59,056 nucleotides of DNA, filler included, from Sphacelaria rigidula (GCA_964200075.2; 8 parts of 8 records of this genome joined end to end with filler, not necessarily neighbours in it), one strand, 5' to 3'; shown: positions 39,223 to 51,371, numbered from the whole stretch's first letter. A program made the numbers and translations. Notes: a model not told the origin generated them from the sequence alone.

Positions 39223-40939
39223 TCCACCGTGCTTTCTGCTACCCTCGTTTGCTGTTGTTGTCCCGCTTGTTGTGTTGTTTTGCCTCTACCGCCCACGGTC
39301 GGCTGTACTTTTCTCCCTTGCTATCGCATCGCATGTTGTCATGTGCACGCGTATTTTCCGCCCTCATGTTCTTTTTGAACCTTGCTTCGATCTGATCGCA
39401 CAGTTTTTGTTTTGTCTTTGTCGCCTGCATTGTATCACCTTCGCCTTACCTACACTTGTTCAGCCATAATATCATCGCTGTACCTAACCAGCAATGATCG
39501 TGTTCTAGGCATTCTCCATATTATTTCGGTAGTTTTGTTGCAAAAAGAATTGGGACAATCAACCCACCATGATCAGTATATATTTTGCATTTTTATTGTG
39601 GCCATGGGGATTTGTGAATGCACGTGCGGTAAAGCTTCCAATTGTTTTGGTCTTGATTGATTTTTTTTCACCATGCATTCCAAAATTTTCTGCATCTCCG
39701 GGTATCGTGTCTACCATAACTTTATTTTGAGCCACCCGATTGTATCGCGTGTTTTATAATTTTGCGCCGCCGTCGTCTTGCTCTGTAGAGCTGCACGATT
39801 TTTCATTTCATGTTTTGGTAATTTTGTATTTGGCGATCGTGATGTTTTTATTTTGACCGTGCGGGTGTAGGCTATCAACAGGGCCTTGTCTGTTGCGCTG
39901 CCTGTACTCATCATGCTTGAGCAGGACTCCGCTTGTAATCGTTTTATTCATCTGGTTCGCAAGGCCGAAACGCCGAAATTTACCGCCCGGCACACGAAAT
40001 TTCGATCTGCGTCACGTGGTATAAAACCAAGCCATATTTTCCGGACTCCAAGACTTTCAACACATACTAATCGTGCCCTCTATTACTTCCTCCCTTGTTT
40101 CACCTACACTCTTGCCTTGGGTGTGTCACATCCCGATGAGGGAACCGGCGCTGAACGTGATTGCTTTGGGGAGGACACGCAGGAAACACTGAACGGTTTG
40201 CTCATGACGGTATGTTCCGGCGTGGAGTGTCAGCAATCTGGTTTGGTATAGCTAATCCCGTGTACCTTTTTATAGGATTCTGGTGGCAGGGTTATTGCCT
40301 TGGTGTAACTTGACATGATCTCCATTTTTATCCCACTCTGGTGATCGATTGTATGGTTTGCTATTCAACAGGTTGAGTTCTTGACGCACCCTGTACCGTA
40401 GTTGACTACTACCTTGTCCCTTCCTGGTACCGTAGTTGGAACCTACTTTGTTCAGTTGCTTTAAACTTGGCTTTCGATACAATGCAACAACAAATATTTC
40501 CGTGCAATGTCTTGTCATTACTTATGCAGTACGCAGACTTGGATAGTTTCCCTGCTTTACCTTTTTGCCCTTCATCCCCAGCGTACCATGCAAGTTGACT
40601 GCACGACTACATATCTTGTCTTTGACAGTTCTTACAGACCCTACATATGTTTTTTTGGCACTCATTCCGCTGATGTGGTCGCTGACCCCCCTTGGGGGGG
40701 GGCGAAGCACGAGTTCCATATTTTTTGCTGGTTGTTGTCTCGCGTGCTCACCCTTTGCCAAAAAACAACGCGGCCTCCCACCATAAGAACGCCGCATGAT
40801 CAGAAAAGAAATGCGCAAGCTTCTTGACCGAGGTGTTGCTCACCCAACTTTCCCCGGCAAAGTTTGTCGACTACACGATTTTATCTTCGGTAAAATTCGC
40901 CAAATTCGCCAAATATATCTTTACTGCGGGGTCTCACAG

Positions 40940-41129
40940 GTTCCTTAGCCTGTTGATCGATAATACCGGCATACAACCAGCCCCCTCCAAACGCAACGCA
41001 ATTACTCAGACTTCACGTCCAAACAGTCGAAAAACTACGTTCGTTTTTAAACCCACCGGGTACCTTGGACAGTTTTTCCAGGAGCGTAGCATTCTAGTCG
41101 CCCCACTGACCGATATTCTAAATAAGTAG
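40940..41129 (+). pseudogene. pol: Ty3/Gypsy reverse transcriptase C-terminal (thumb) relic
   Basis: IDNTGIQPAPSKRNAITQTSRP...TGYLGQFFQERSILVAPLTDIL resembles the Gypsy pattern GI.P.P.K..AI...P.P....GY.R.F....S...APLT.LL. Confidence 0.75.
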
Positions 41130-42439
41130 GAAAGCCAACAGTATTGCTGCACGATGTAGGAAAACGCGCGCTCTCCTTTTGCTGTCAAACGCATGTGCCG
41201 TACAACTGCAGCAAGACTTGACCACCACAATATGGTCGTCTCATGGTGGCTCAGCTAGGATATGGCATACGAACTAGAGACTCGCCCAATGACCATCAAT
41301 GTCAAACTCATGCGTGTGAGGTCATGTTTCTTGTCATTTCTGTGTTTTGTCTCCGTATATTTAGTACAACGTATCTCATTATTATATTTTTATTCAGCAT
41401 GCCTTGTCTATTTTATTTTCGCCATGATTATGTCTACAGTTTCACAGGATTCGAGAACCTAGGGGGATGAAAAGGTTACAGAATTGTACAAATCTTGGCC
41501 CTAGAGAGAGAACGTTTCACGCACACTCTTGCGCAATCGTACCCTACCCGACGACCCGACGCCATGCTACCGTCTGACACGTTTCCCTTCGAGCTCTGGA
41601 CTGGCCGTGAACATTACACACGTACCACCGCTGTCTCAAAAGCAAGAAGTTCCTTCGCTATCCGCCCACCCCATCCGAAACACCTCATACCCAAAGTGTT
41701 TGCGTCCCACCTCGAGGGGAACCAAACTGGAACGCTACACCCACATTCCACCTGACCCCTGAATTTGTCCCCGTGTTAGACTGCATTGCCTGTATCTGTC
41801 ACCATGTTGGCTTGTCGAGAACTCTACGTTTTTTCAGGCACTGACGGGTGTGGAAAAGCGGAAGACTTCAAAAGGGGGGGGAGCGTACTCATCTGTTTCG
41901 AGCATCCAAGTAATTTCCTTGGCTGCTGTAATCTGCACTGTTCCCAACTTCTTTACCAACTTCACTGCATCCAAGTATTCTCTGAGCTGTTGCAATCTGT
42001 ACTGTTCCCAACTTCTTCACTAATTTTATTGCATCCGAATATTCTTGAAGCTGCTGCCAGCTGCACTGTTTCCAATTTCTTCAGCAACTTCACCCCTTGC
42101 TTTGCCATGTCTCATGCTAGTATCAGGTCGTCAAAATTATACCTCGAGTAAAGAGGTTGATAACGTACATCCTGGTGCGACTCCTTGCAAATATCGGAAT
42201 ATTTCGATATTTCCCTGTCTAGCATCATCGCACTTTTGGCACATTTATGTCGTCTTCATCGTCCACATCTTTACTTTGATCACACTTCTTCATATATTAT
42301 CCCACAGCCCATTGCCCCATACTGCGTCATGAGCTTTCTGCACCTGTATCATCCCACAGTTTCTTCGATCCCGCCATCGCACTCGAAGCACCCCGCTTCC
42401 CCACGTAGTGATGCCTTGAAGCTTTCGCCCATAGGTGCT

Positions 42440-42590
42440 ATCTCCTGGAAAGGCTATAGCAGTGCCGAGCTGAAGCACCACGTGTATGAATATGGGAATT
42501 TCTTTCGGCGAGTACGATACGAAGATGGAGACTGGAAACAACTATCTCGCCGGGAACTCGAGCGCCCCAAGCTGGAACGGAGGACCAAAG
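42440..42590 (+). pseudogene. Tudor-like C-terminal domain relic of a Gypsy integrase
   Basis: HVYEYGNFFRRVRYEDGDWKQLSRREL resembles the V.Y.DGD.E.L...EL Tudor-like motif. It sits between the RT relic and the 3' UTR/PPT. Confidence 0.55.
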
Positions 42591-42616
42591 AGGGACTGGA
42601 GCCATGGACGTTCACG

Positions 42617-43598
42617 AATAGCTGTTGTGTGATGTGGTATATGATCTTATTGCGAGAGGAATGCGAAGATGCAATAAGGGAATGAGTAACTATATATCGC
42701 CGCTACCGTACGCTTCAGTCATGAATTTCGAGTGTTGTTGTCTTCTTCTTTTGCCGCTTTGTTTTTGATTGCTCCCCATTTGGTAACATACGAGCACATG
42801 TGTGAGCGAAGGCGCGTGGGCTCTATTTCCAGTAGAAAAGGTGTCAGTAGTTACAGAAGAGCACCCCTCAAAAGCTGCACTCCTGTAACTATTGATGAGT
42901 TCGCGGAAAGGTTGTTTTTAGCGAGGTTCAAGCCCCGCACTACCCCAGAATCCAGTGTAACTAATCTGGGGTGTCGACGCGCGATCACGCTAACTAGTCG
43001 ATCGTTTTCCAGTCTAACTGAGATCCCGGGATAACGACAGCGACCGTACTTGTCTGCTGTTTCTGTCGTTGGAAAGGGCGTTATAGATTTTTTCCCTTTC
43101 CTAACGGATGGATAATGCCGAGATAGCCCCCCCCACAAAAAGTGCACCGGCACCATCCAACGAACCGGCTGCGATCTCACTATTGGGCTCGTTTGCAGCA
43201 ATTTCGCCCACATGAGCGGCGTGCAGCAGTTCGAAATCAGCTTTGACGCCCAAATCAGTCGCGTCGTGCAGCACGAAACCAGCTTAACGGCAGTTATGAT
43301 CATCACCTCCGTGCACGTTTTCGGCCGGTTTTTTGGGGGGGCTATCTCGCCAGCAGTCGGATGGAGTTCTCCCCTGCTTATCAGGGTTTACCTAGTCATT
43401 AGATCTGCAACGAGTTTTCCCCTGTACTGTAATTCAGCAGGTTTTTCTCGTTTTACTTTCAGGCGTATGATGCACAGGCTTTGTTTTTGTTCTGGTCCTT
43501 TCAGCTCTCCAACAAATTTTTGTTTAGCCATATAAATATGGCTAGGGGGATGTCACAGATTTATTGGTCATTGTCCAGTCGATTAGGTTCCCATGTGT
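42617..43598 (+). mobile_element. Gypsy-like 3' UTR + PPT + LTR start, copy 2, interrupted by a MITE
   Basis: Collinear with 37008-37732 except for the 246-bp insert at 43112-43357. Confidence 0.75.
43112..43357. mobile_element. 246-bp MITE with a 7-bp TSD (CGGATGG)
   Basis: Terminal inverted core CGAGATAGCCCCCCC / GGGGGGGCTATCTCG. CGGATGG is duplicated at 43105-43111 and 43358-43364, and the paralogous empty site has a single copy at 37494-37500. Confidence 0.9.
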
Positions 43599-44160
43599 AA
43601 TAATTATTCCGATGCCAGGAGGACGTGGTCACGGCAATAAACTGCATCAAAGTCGCAAGACCTGTGAAAGCTAGAGAGTTTGATTTTTATGAACTACATC
43701 CACAAAATTTAAACGGTTCTGAAAACCGGAGGGAGGACGGCTTCCCTGTCCCCCAGCCAGGCATCGATGAACGAGGAAAGACTTTTACAGGCGGATACAA
43801 CACACGTGGGGGCCCGGAGAATTTTTTTCCATCAAAATCTGTGCTTTTCAAGCTGCAAAGCGTTCCATACGCATTGTTTTCTAACACGAACGGTAACTTG
43901 TCGATTTCTGTTTCGTTGTTCGAGCACTGTCCGATGCCGATCCCGGAAACGTTTCGTATTGCTGTTCGATGGCTTTTTCGGATTTTTAAGTGGACCCGAG
44001 GCGGCCACCTTCCCTCAGATTTTCAGAACCGTTTAAATTTTGTGGATGCAGATCTTAAACATCAAACTCTCTAGCTTTCACAGGTCTTGCGACTTCGATG
44101 CAGTTTGTTACCGTCACCACGTCCTCCTGACATCAGAATAATTATTACGTATGGGAAGCC
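43585..44160. mobile_element. 576-bp MITE/foldback with ~155-bp terminal inverted repeats
   Basis: 43585-43740 is the reverse complement of about 44007-44160 (e.g. agtcgcaagacctgtgaaagctagagagtttgat / atcaaactctctagctttcacaggtcttgcgact). Candidate 3-bp TSD ATT. Confidence 0.88.
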
Positions 44161-45396
44161 ATTCGTACTGTACCGAGCTGTTCACGCGACCAGCGTGCGC
44201 TGCACATTGCCTATGCGCCACGCTAGCAACAGTTAGGTCACCACCAACAGTGTTTACGTGAGATTGAGNNNNNNNNNNNNNNNNNNNNNNNNNNNNNNNN
44301 NNNNNNNNNNNNTTAATTAATTAANNNNNNNNNNNNNNNNNNNNNNNNNNNNNNNNNNNNNNNNNNNNGCAATACCATGGGTCCTTCCCTACCCCCCAAT
44401 GGCCCCCTGACTACGGCATGCACAATCCTAATTAACCCCCCCCCCCCCACCCCCACCCCCGTCATTTCACCACCTCTGCACCCGCGTCCACGTCTACACG
44501 TACTTCCACAAACAGGAACGACACACTTTCCTCGCAGTGGCTCACCCGCCGTGACCCACGAGGTTATCGCCGCCCCGACTCCTCGGGGCGGTAGCATCAC
44601 GCGCAGCTTTGTGTACTTAATGTCGGCATATAAAGACGAACCACTTTAACAACTGACAAGCAACTTGAAAACTCCCTCAAGACACGATTTGCAAAAATGT
44701 GAAGAATCTGCGTCGAAAAGGCAGCCTTATTCGTAGTTTACGGACCACTTGAGCAGATACGTCCCTTACGGTAGTTCGCTCTGACCGTCGCCTAGCCATC
44801 TTCGCATGCCACCCGTCATAGAGGGAGTGGCGGGGTGCTTATTTTGCCAGCTGCGTGTCTCTTTAAATACATTTCAGACTGCGTTTGCGCTCACATCGTA
44901 CCATTCGTTTCTCTCTAGCCCTGACATCTCACTATTCTGTTTGTGTCCCAAGACGCCCGCCCTCCCTTCTTCCCCGGGATTTGTCTCTCTCCTCAAGAGT
45001 AGTGTTCCCCAGAGTCTTCACTCTCGTTGTTGACAACAGAAATAATTTCTGCCGGTGACTACTATATAAAATTCCACAATGCCCGCCTTCAGTTCTTTCC
45101 GGGATTGCTCCCCATTTATTGGCTATTCGATGAGAACGGAATCGATAATTCCAATGGGTTGACAATGGAATGGATTATGATACAACTTGGCCTTGTTTTT
45201 CGCGGGATGACTTCCTTCGTATGCTCACGTCCATCTTTTCCCAGAATCTGTTTTCCCCACGATCTTTATCCGTCGGTTGTTCGGGGAGAACAGACTTCAT
45301 ATTTACTGATGCGTATTGCGGTGCGTGTCCAGTGAGCACCTCGCCTTTGGTTTTGTTCTAGTACCGTTGTGGTTCGCCGTCCACCGGTGGTAGTGT

Positions 45397-45955
45397 CAAG
45401 GTTGCGTTTTGTAGGATGCGGTTTTCTGTGTAACCGGGGTATTTTCCCGGGTATTCAACATACCCGACAGTAACTTCTGTAATACTTTCATACCCTTACC
45501 CGTGGTTCTGTGACTTCTGTGAGCCACCCATTCCGCTACCGGGGGGCACGGGTATTCTCTATATGAGATACCTGGTTGCGGGTACGGCTTTCTGTGCAGC
45601 CTCCATACCCTACCGGACAGTTTCTGTGAGTTTTGTACGCCCCCCATACCCTTACCCGACAGTTCTGTGAGTTCTGTACGGAATGTGCACCCGTACCCGG
45701 AGCGCGGGTATGCCCTTGAAGAAATATCCGATTGCCGGTGCGGTTTTCTGTGAGTCCCCCATACCCTACCCGACAAGTTCTGTAATTTCTGGACGAATTT
45801 CAAACGGGTACCCGACAATTCTGTAAGCTCTGTAAGCCCCCCATACCCCCACCCGAGGTTGGGGCATACCGGTGTAGATATACTCGATTGCAGGTACGAG
45901 CACAGGTATATACCTTGGGGGGTATGGATTTAGGTTTAGTCAAAACACAACCTCA
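45397..45955. mobile_element. Non-autonomous DNA element with TTCTGT(G/A)/TACCC subterminal arrays, copy 1
   Basis: Begins CAAGGTTGCG, ends near CACAACCTCA and has dense internal repeats. Directly repeated at 46552-47026. Confidence 0.7.
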
Positions 45956-46089
45956 TGGCCTGAATATGTACCTGCCATCATTCAACCCACCCCACTCCTT
46001 CATTCAACACTACGACACCAACAAAAATCCAAAGTTGAAAAGTTCTCTAGTCGGGGATCTGACGGGTTATGAGGTATTACTGAGTGTAA

Positions 46090-46440
46090 ACATGAAACAT
46101 GAGCAGCACTGCAGACCGTCAGGATGCATCACCCCCAGACTCGAGTGGTGGTACCCAGAGCGGGGCGGTTCATCTGCGCCACCAGAGGGGTCAAGTAGCA
46201 CGGCAAAGGTCATTGGCGCTGATGGTGGTTGTGTCGTGGTCATCAAACCTCAGGCCGTTATCGACATGCCCGGCAAAGAGTATGAGCTGCCACTAAAAGT
46301 CGTCAAGGCCGTCGACGATCTTGTGGTGCCGAAGGGCTTCCAGAGAACGGGCAGCCGTGAGTGCTCCTTCATGTACTCTCTGGGAGTATACGTGAAATCG
46401 ATAGATATTGACGATCCCGTGCACATGTACTACTGCGAGT
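46090..46440 (+). pseudogene. N-terminal fragment of a putative hAT-like transposase (region leading into a BED-type zinc finger), truncated
   Basis: KPQAVIDMPGKEYELPLKVVKAVDDLVVPKGFQRTGSRECSFMYSLGVYVKSIDIDDPVHMYYC lies between two copies of the subterminal-array element. The assignment is from recalled motif similarity, not a search. Confidence 0.45.
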
Positions 46441-46551
46441 GTTCGTATAGGCTTCCTCGTCGACCCCATGAAGCCGTTCAGAGTGTTCGTGAACTGTCAT
46501 ATGTAGTTCGCCACTTTAGTGACGTAGATCCCACCACAGGAGTGATGATAG

Positions 46552-47026
46552 CAAGGTTGTGTTCTGTAGGGTACGGTTTTCTGTATATCCGGGGTATTTT
46601 CCCAGGTATTCACCGTACTTAGTTCTGTGACTTTTGTAAGACTTTCATACCGGTACCCGGCAGCTCTGTAAACTCTGTAATACTTTCATACCCTTACCCG
46701 ACACTTCTGTGACTTCTGTGAGCCTCCCGTTCCGTTACCGGGGGGCACGGGTATGCTCTTGATAAGATACCCGGTTGCGGGTACGGTTTTCTGTGCAGCC
46801 TCCATACCCTACCGGACAGTTTCTGTGAGTTCTGTACGCCTCCCATATCCTTACCCGATAGTTCTGTGAGTTCTGTACAGAATGTGTACCGGTACTCGGA
46901 GCGCGAGTATGCCCTTGAAGAAATACCCAATTGCCGGTACGGTTTTCTGCAAGCCTCCCATACCCTACCCGACAAGTTCTGCAATTTCTGTGAGAATTTC
47001 AAACCGGTACCCGACAGCTTTGTAAC
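46552..47026. mobile_element. Copy 2 of the TTCTGT-array DNA element (right end missing)
   Basis: Begins CAAGGTTGTG and is collinear with 45397-45835. Confidence 0.75.
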
Positions 47027-47959
47027 CACTCAACTCACCGGACACAGACCACAACATCGTGTACGTTACCGTGCGACTGCTTGACTGATTCGCACGCAAC
47101 GGACAACGGCGGGCCCCCGCGGAGCTCAAATCAATAGATAGGCGAGCAATACACGTCCACGATGGACAGACGTGAGCAAGTCATAGAGCGAATCGTCAGC
47201 GTCTGGGTTGCCAGCCAAATGTGTCGACATACTCCTGAGGTCCGCCGAAGAGGTGACGCGATGTCCGACTCGATAGCTTAATGTAAAAGGGTGGGTTGAG
47301 AAAGCTGCGATCTGAACAGGGGCGACAGGTAACTCCGCATGGCGCACGTGGCGAACAGCGTGCGGGAGACTCAGAGAGGTGATCCAAGCTGGGTTGGACA
47401 GGTACTGGGACGTCTATGCGAGGGAAGACTTCATAACAATTCGGGACATGAGAGGCTGATACGGGCAGCTGGAATGACGGTGGCGGTGGAAGGGAAGAAA
47501 GCTATGCAGGGTCCCCCGAGGCGACATGTCTGCTGTCTTATCCCGTAAAGGGCAGAACGCTAAAGGGCGAGCAACACTAACGATGAGGACAGGAAACTGC
47601 TACGGCAGAGTAATGCTGTGAGAGCCCCCCCACAAACCAGCCCCAAGCCTGTCACGAAGACGAAATCCACATCGCGCATGATGGCTGGTTTCAGAACGCA
47701 TGAAGTGTCTCGTATGGGTGACAGTGGCGAAAACGACCCCACGCGTGGGAGTTCCCGGCTGTTCGGTGTGCTCGACTGCTCGGTCATTTCGATTCACGTG
47801 TACATTTTGCCTCCTCAAACCGGCCCCATTTTTCGGAGGGGGGGGCTGTCGCAGCATCAGTCGGCACGGGGATCGGATCCATCGGAGATGGATATGGTAC
47901 TTTTCTACCTCGCTGAAAAAATGATCGGCGATTATCGATCCAACCGTCATGGGGAACAC

Positions 47960-48195
47960 CACGCCACGGCCGAAACAAGAAATAGATGGGGGGCACTGAG
48001 AGCCATGGCTAACGGCAAAGAGACGATACAGCAATGGGCTACCTTCTGATTGGGATCGGTTGGGGAGCCTTCGGAGATACTGATCCCCTTCTCCAGTATC
48101 CTCGTCGCTGTTTGGACGACTGGCAAGGTGCCGCGCGAGCGGAAGGGCGTCATTGTTAAAGCCCTACGCAGAAATGATTGAACCGATTGCAGAAG
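47960..48195 (+). pseudogene. RTE-type LINE ORF relic, segment upstream of the RT core
   Basis: GALRAMANGK...SEILIPFSSILVAVWTTGKVPRERKGVIVKALRRND*TDC resembles the LINE pattern AL..M.NGKA.GPD...IW..G.VP..WKDA.I..L.KK.DR..C. Confidence 0.7.
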
Positions 48196-49074
48196 GTTAA
48201 CCTCGAGTCGCGTTTCACATCAAGTCAGCATGCTTATGTCGATTCCGAGTTTGACATTTCGTGAAATGTTTCAGAAAATAATTGCCAAGCATGATGAAAT
48301 AGTTCCTGAAGAAAGGGGTGAAATACGAGACCTGGACGAAATTGGGGATGGGTCAACGGATCCGTTCCGCCAAAATAATGGGCCCGCGCCGCGGCCAACG
48401 CTACCAGGCGTTCGGCACAACGTCAGTTGTCAGTACAGACGAGATTTGAATTTTGCAGTGAGCGGATGGTGCATGCAAAAGACAGCGCTGTGCCACCGTA
48501 CGATGCAGTGCAGTAAAATAAAGTTAACAAACATGTGTTACACTTTTCGTATCTCATGGGCAACTACGACGAAGCACATCTAGAAGCCTCAGTCGTCCCT
48601 GAGGGAGGGGGGGGCCTATCGCGGCATCACTATCCAGTCGTACGGCGATACTGCAAGAGAAAACGACACTCCCGTCCTCCGCGGGCGATGGAATAGTGTC
48701 ACCACTGCCGGTACCTGCTCAGGTGTTATTGGGGAACATACACCGTCAACATCTACCAAACAGAGGACAGAGCTGTGCTGTAGCAGAAAAGTAGAACAAC
48801 CACCATGCTCATTGCCATCCATACTTGTTTGACATACCTTTGTTTGAGCCCCGAAGTGAAATGGGGCCTCCTCGATTGACGTATGTAGCACAAAGTTAGG
48901 GCCATGTATTTCGATATGTCTAAAAACCTAATCCAAAACGATTGAATACCAAAACCAATATGATTTGTGACGTGCGGACGAACCCTCATGTGGTCACTCT
49001 AGTCTAAACCCCTACAACTGCTTCAACCTCAAAAAGCAGTCCGCTGTAAAGACCAAGCTTGTTGAATAAACTGG

Positions 49075-49582
49075 GGACAGGGACATTGCCCTCATCATGC
49101 TGGAAGTTCTCCTCAAAAGCCAACAGGCTCGGCAGTTCAGCGAGGACGTCGGGATCTCCCGGGAGAACAGTGCGGGTTCTGGTGCCATCTATCGACAACC
49201 GTCACGATATTCCCTCGTACGCTGACTGCGGGAATCGAGACGGGCGACCAATGTCCCACAAAGCATGTGCTGCATCGACTCGCAGAAGGCGCATAACTCC
49301 GCAGACCGCAAGCTCTTGTGGGACGTATTTACCCGTTCGGGAGTCCCGCCGCGGATGATCGAGTTCATTCGTATGTTTCACGATGGGGAGCGAGCTTGAG
49401 TACAGCTGGACAATGGCGAAGCACCATAGTGGTTCCACGTCGACCAGGGACTCAGGTAGAGATGCATTTCGGCCCCGGTACTGCACAGCATTCTCGGCGC
49501 AGCAATGGTTGACGTAAGCTTGCAGCATTTCGCGGCAGTCCCGGTCACAGTCTCAGAATTGGTACATCTAGATGACACACCG
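49075..49582 (+). pseudogene. RTE-type LINE reverse transcriptase relic
   Basis: Frameshifted HAG.VLLK..ANRLG...PGEQCGF, then CIDSQKAHNSADRKLLWDVFTRSGVPPRMIEFIRMFHDG...WFHVDQGLR*RCISAPVL. These correspond to the FIDL.KAYDSV and QGLRQGC.LSP RT motifs. Confidence 0.88.
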
Positions 49583-51197
49583 AAGAGTAATCACAGGTAC
49601 CCCCGAAAAAGAAACGCCTCTGCAGTGATAAGTGGCAAAGTTATGGCCGATCAACTGAGGCAAGTTCCTCGGCTGTTGCCGCTAGAGCAAAAACAACATC
49701 ACACTTTTTGTTTTCTTGCCATGGCAGAGTTGTGTCCATCCCTCGCGCCCGAGAAATGCCTGCTTCTACAGTGAACCCGTTATGTTTACAACGCTGATGT
49801 TATAGCGACTCTTGTGTGAAAATTGCTCGCCACAAGAGGCACGCTGTGCGCCCAAACCTGTAGCGAGCACCCTCCGAGACGGTGGGAATGCTCTGACCTG
49901 CTTTGCGGGCGTCTCGAGCGAAATTTGGTGAACTTTCGTGCTACGATATGTGATTACAGATTTCTGTGCGACGCATACTAACATCGCCGAAACTTGCGGA
50001 GAGAAGTGGGGCAAGCACATGGCACTGAGTAAAAGTGGTACTGAAAACATGACAGGGGTGAGCAGGAAGCCTCAGCGCGCTCAACACTGCAAACAAAAAA
50101 ACATGCTAGTGTCACCCTGTCGGTTGCGATGCACTCACGGTGTTCTATTTGTCGGGAGTGATGCATTCATCTCACTTGTTCATCGCGCGAAATGCAGTTG
50201 CCGTACTGCGAGCATTATATCCTTCCACGTGTTGTGCGGTTTCGGGGCGATTCTACTCTATATACGTTTGGTTTCAGAACCTTTGGTAATGCGCGTGGAT
50301 TGTACATTTTTCACTTGACATTAGAGGGATTGAGAACAACGCAATTTTCACGACACGCTGCCTTGTTCACGGGACCTTATCGTAGACAACAACACGAAAT
50401 CGAAAGCGGTTTGTTCTGCTGTACGACTTCTGCGTTGCCCTACAAGAGCCGATTCTGGGTACGCAGGCAGCAGCAGGCTGTTTCAGAGGGACGCGTCATG
50501 GAAAAGTACCGTTCTTGTGACGTACGCCACTTCAGATTGGTACGTCCATAATCAGCTACGGAGATGGAGCGTAGGATATCTGTGCAGAGGTGCTTTTACA
50601 CCTCCTACCTCTAGCATGCCTCCCCATGTCGAGATTAGCTATCAAAACGTTTTGCAAAGGTTCCACACTAAGCGTGAAATAGCCCGCACAAGTGGCTAAT
50701 GGCGTGAAGAAAAAACAGAGGGGTTTCGACAGTAGTCGCTCGAATACTTTTTTGCAATCACCCAAAGATATTCCCTATCCTCTCTGCACGATGTCTCACA
50801 GACAGATACGATAGTGCTGGCATACACACGGTACAAATACCCACAATATGAGACTCTCTCTGCACATAATGCACGCACCTACCCCACTTTCCAACAGCTA
50901 TAGACCAGACGACTTGATTGACTGCTCAAATCGATTTAACTGATTGATTCTTGGGATGATTCGCTACAAAATCCAGCAATATTAATAAAAAAGGCGTACT
51001 TGGCAGCGGAGCACAACGCAGCCCCACCTTCGTCGAATAACTCAGACTCACTTGCACGACCTGCCCAACAAAAGCACTCAGAAGGTTCAAGTTCCTCTCA
51101 AGAGTTCGTCTACGAACCAGAAGCAGCTGCTATCAAGATGCTTGGTATCCACTACCCTTGAAACGTGATTTTTTGTGGGGCACTGCAATCTATCTAC

Positions 51198-51371
51198 CTT
51201 GAGGACGTAGTCGGTGTACAGCTCGTAAATTTCCTGCAGAACAGCGCCGAGATCCGGTGTCCCAGCCTCCGCCGTGATAACAAACTTGACTCCCGTCAAT
51301 GTCTGAAAGCTCTGCAACTTGAAAGTGTCCGTTTCAAGCTTCTCGATGCCGGAAGATGGTACTGGGGCGAC
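51198..51371 (-). CDS. TRAPPC4: Internal exon of trafficking protein particle complex subunit 4 (TRS23/synbindin, Sybindin family)
   Basis: aacag acceptor, gtagat donor, 58 codons: VAPVPSSGIEKLETDTFKLQSFQTLTGVKFVITAEAGTPDLGAVLQEIYELYTDYVLK. This matches the conserved SGIE.LETDTFKL..FQTLTG.KF...IYELY.DYVLK(NPFY) signature. Confidence 0.93.

Noticed and set aside
38740..39469. Poly-Leu/Cys/Ala ORFs resembling membrane proteins
   Set aside because: They are translations of GTT/GCT microsatellites.
47196..47387. LNPPFY peptide as the missing last TRAPPC4 exon
   Set aside because: It does not begin with NPFY at a phase-0 acceptor and lacks the following MPIRC-like motif.
49004..49198. Minus-strand ORF resembling an exon
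   Set aside because: It is the antisense shadow of the plus-strand LINE RT relic.
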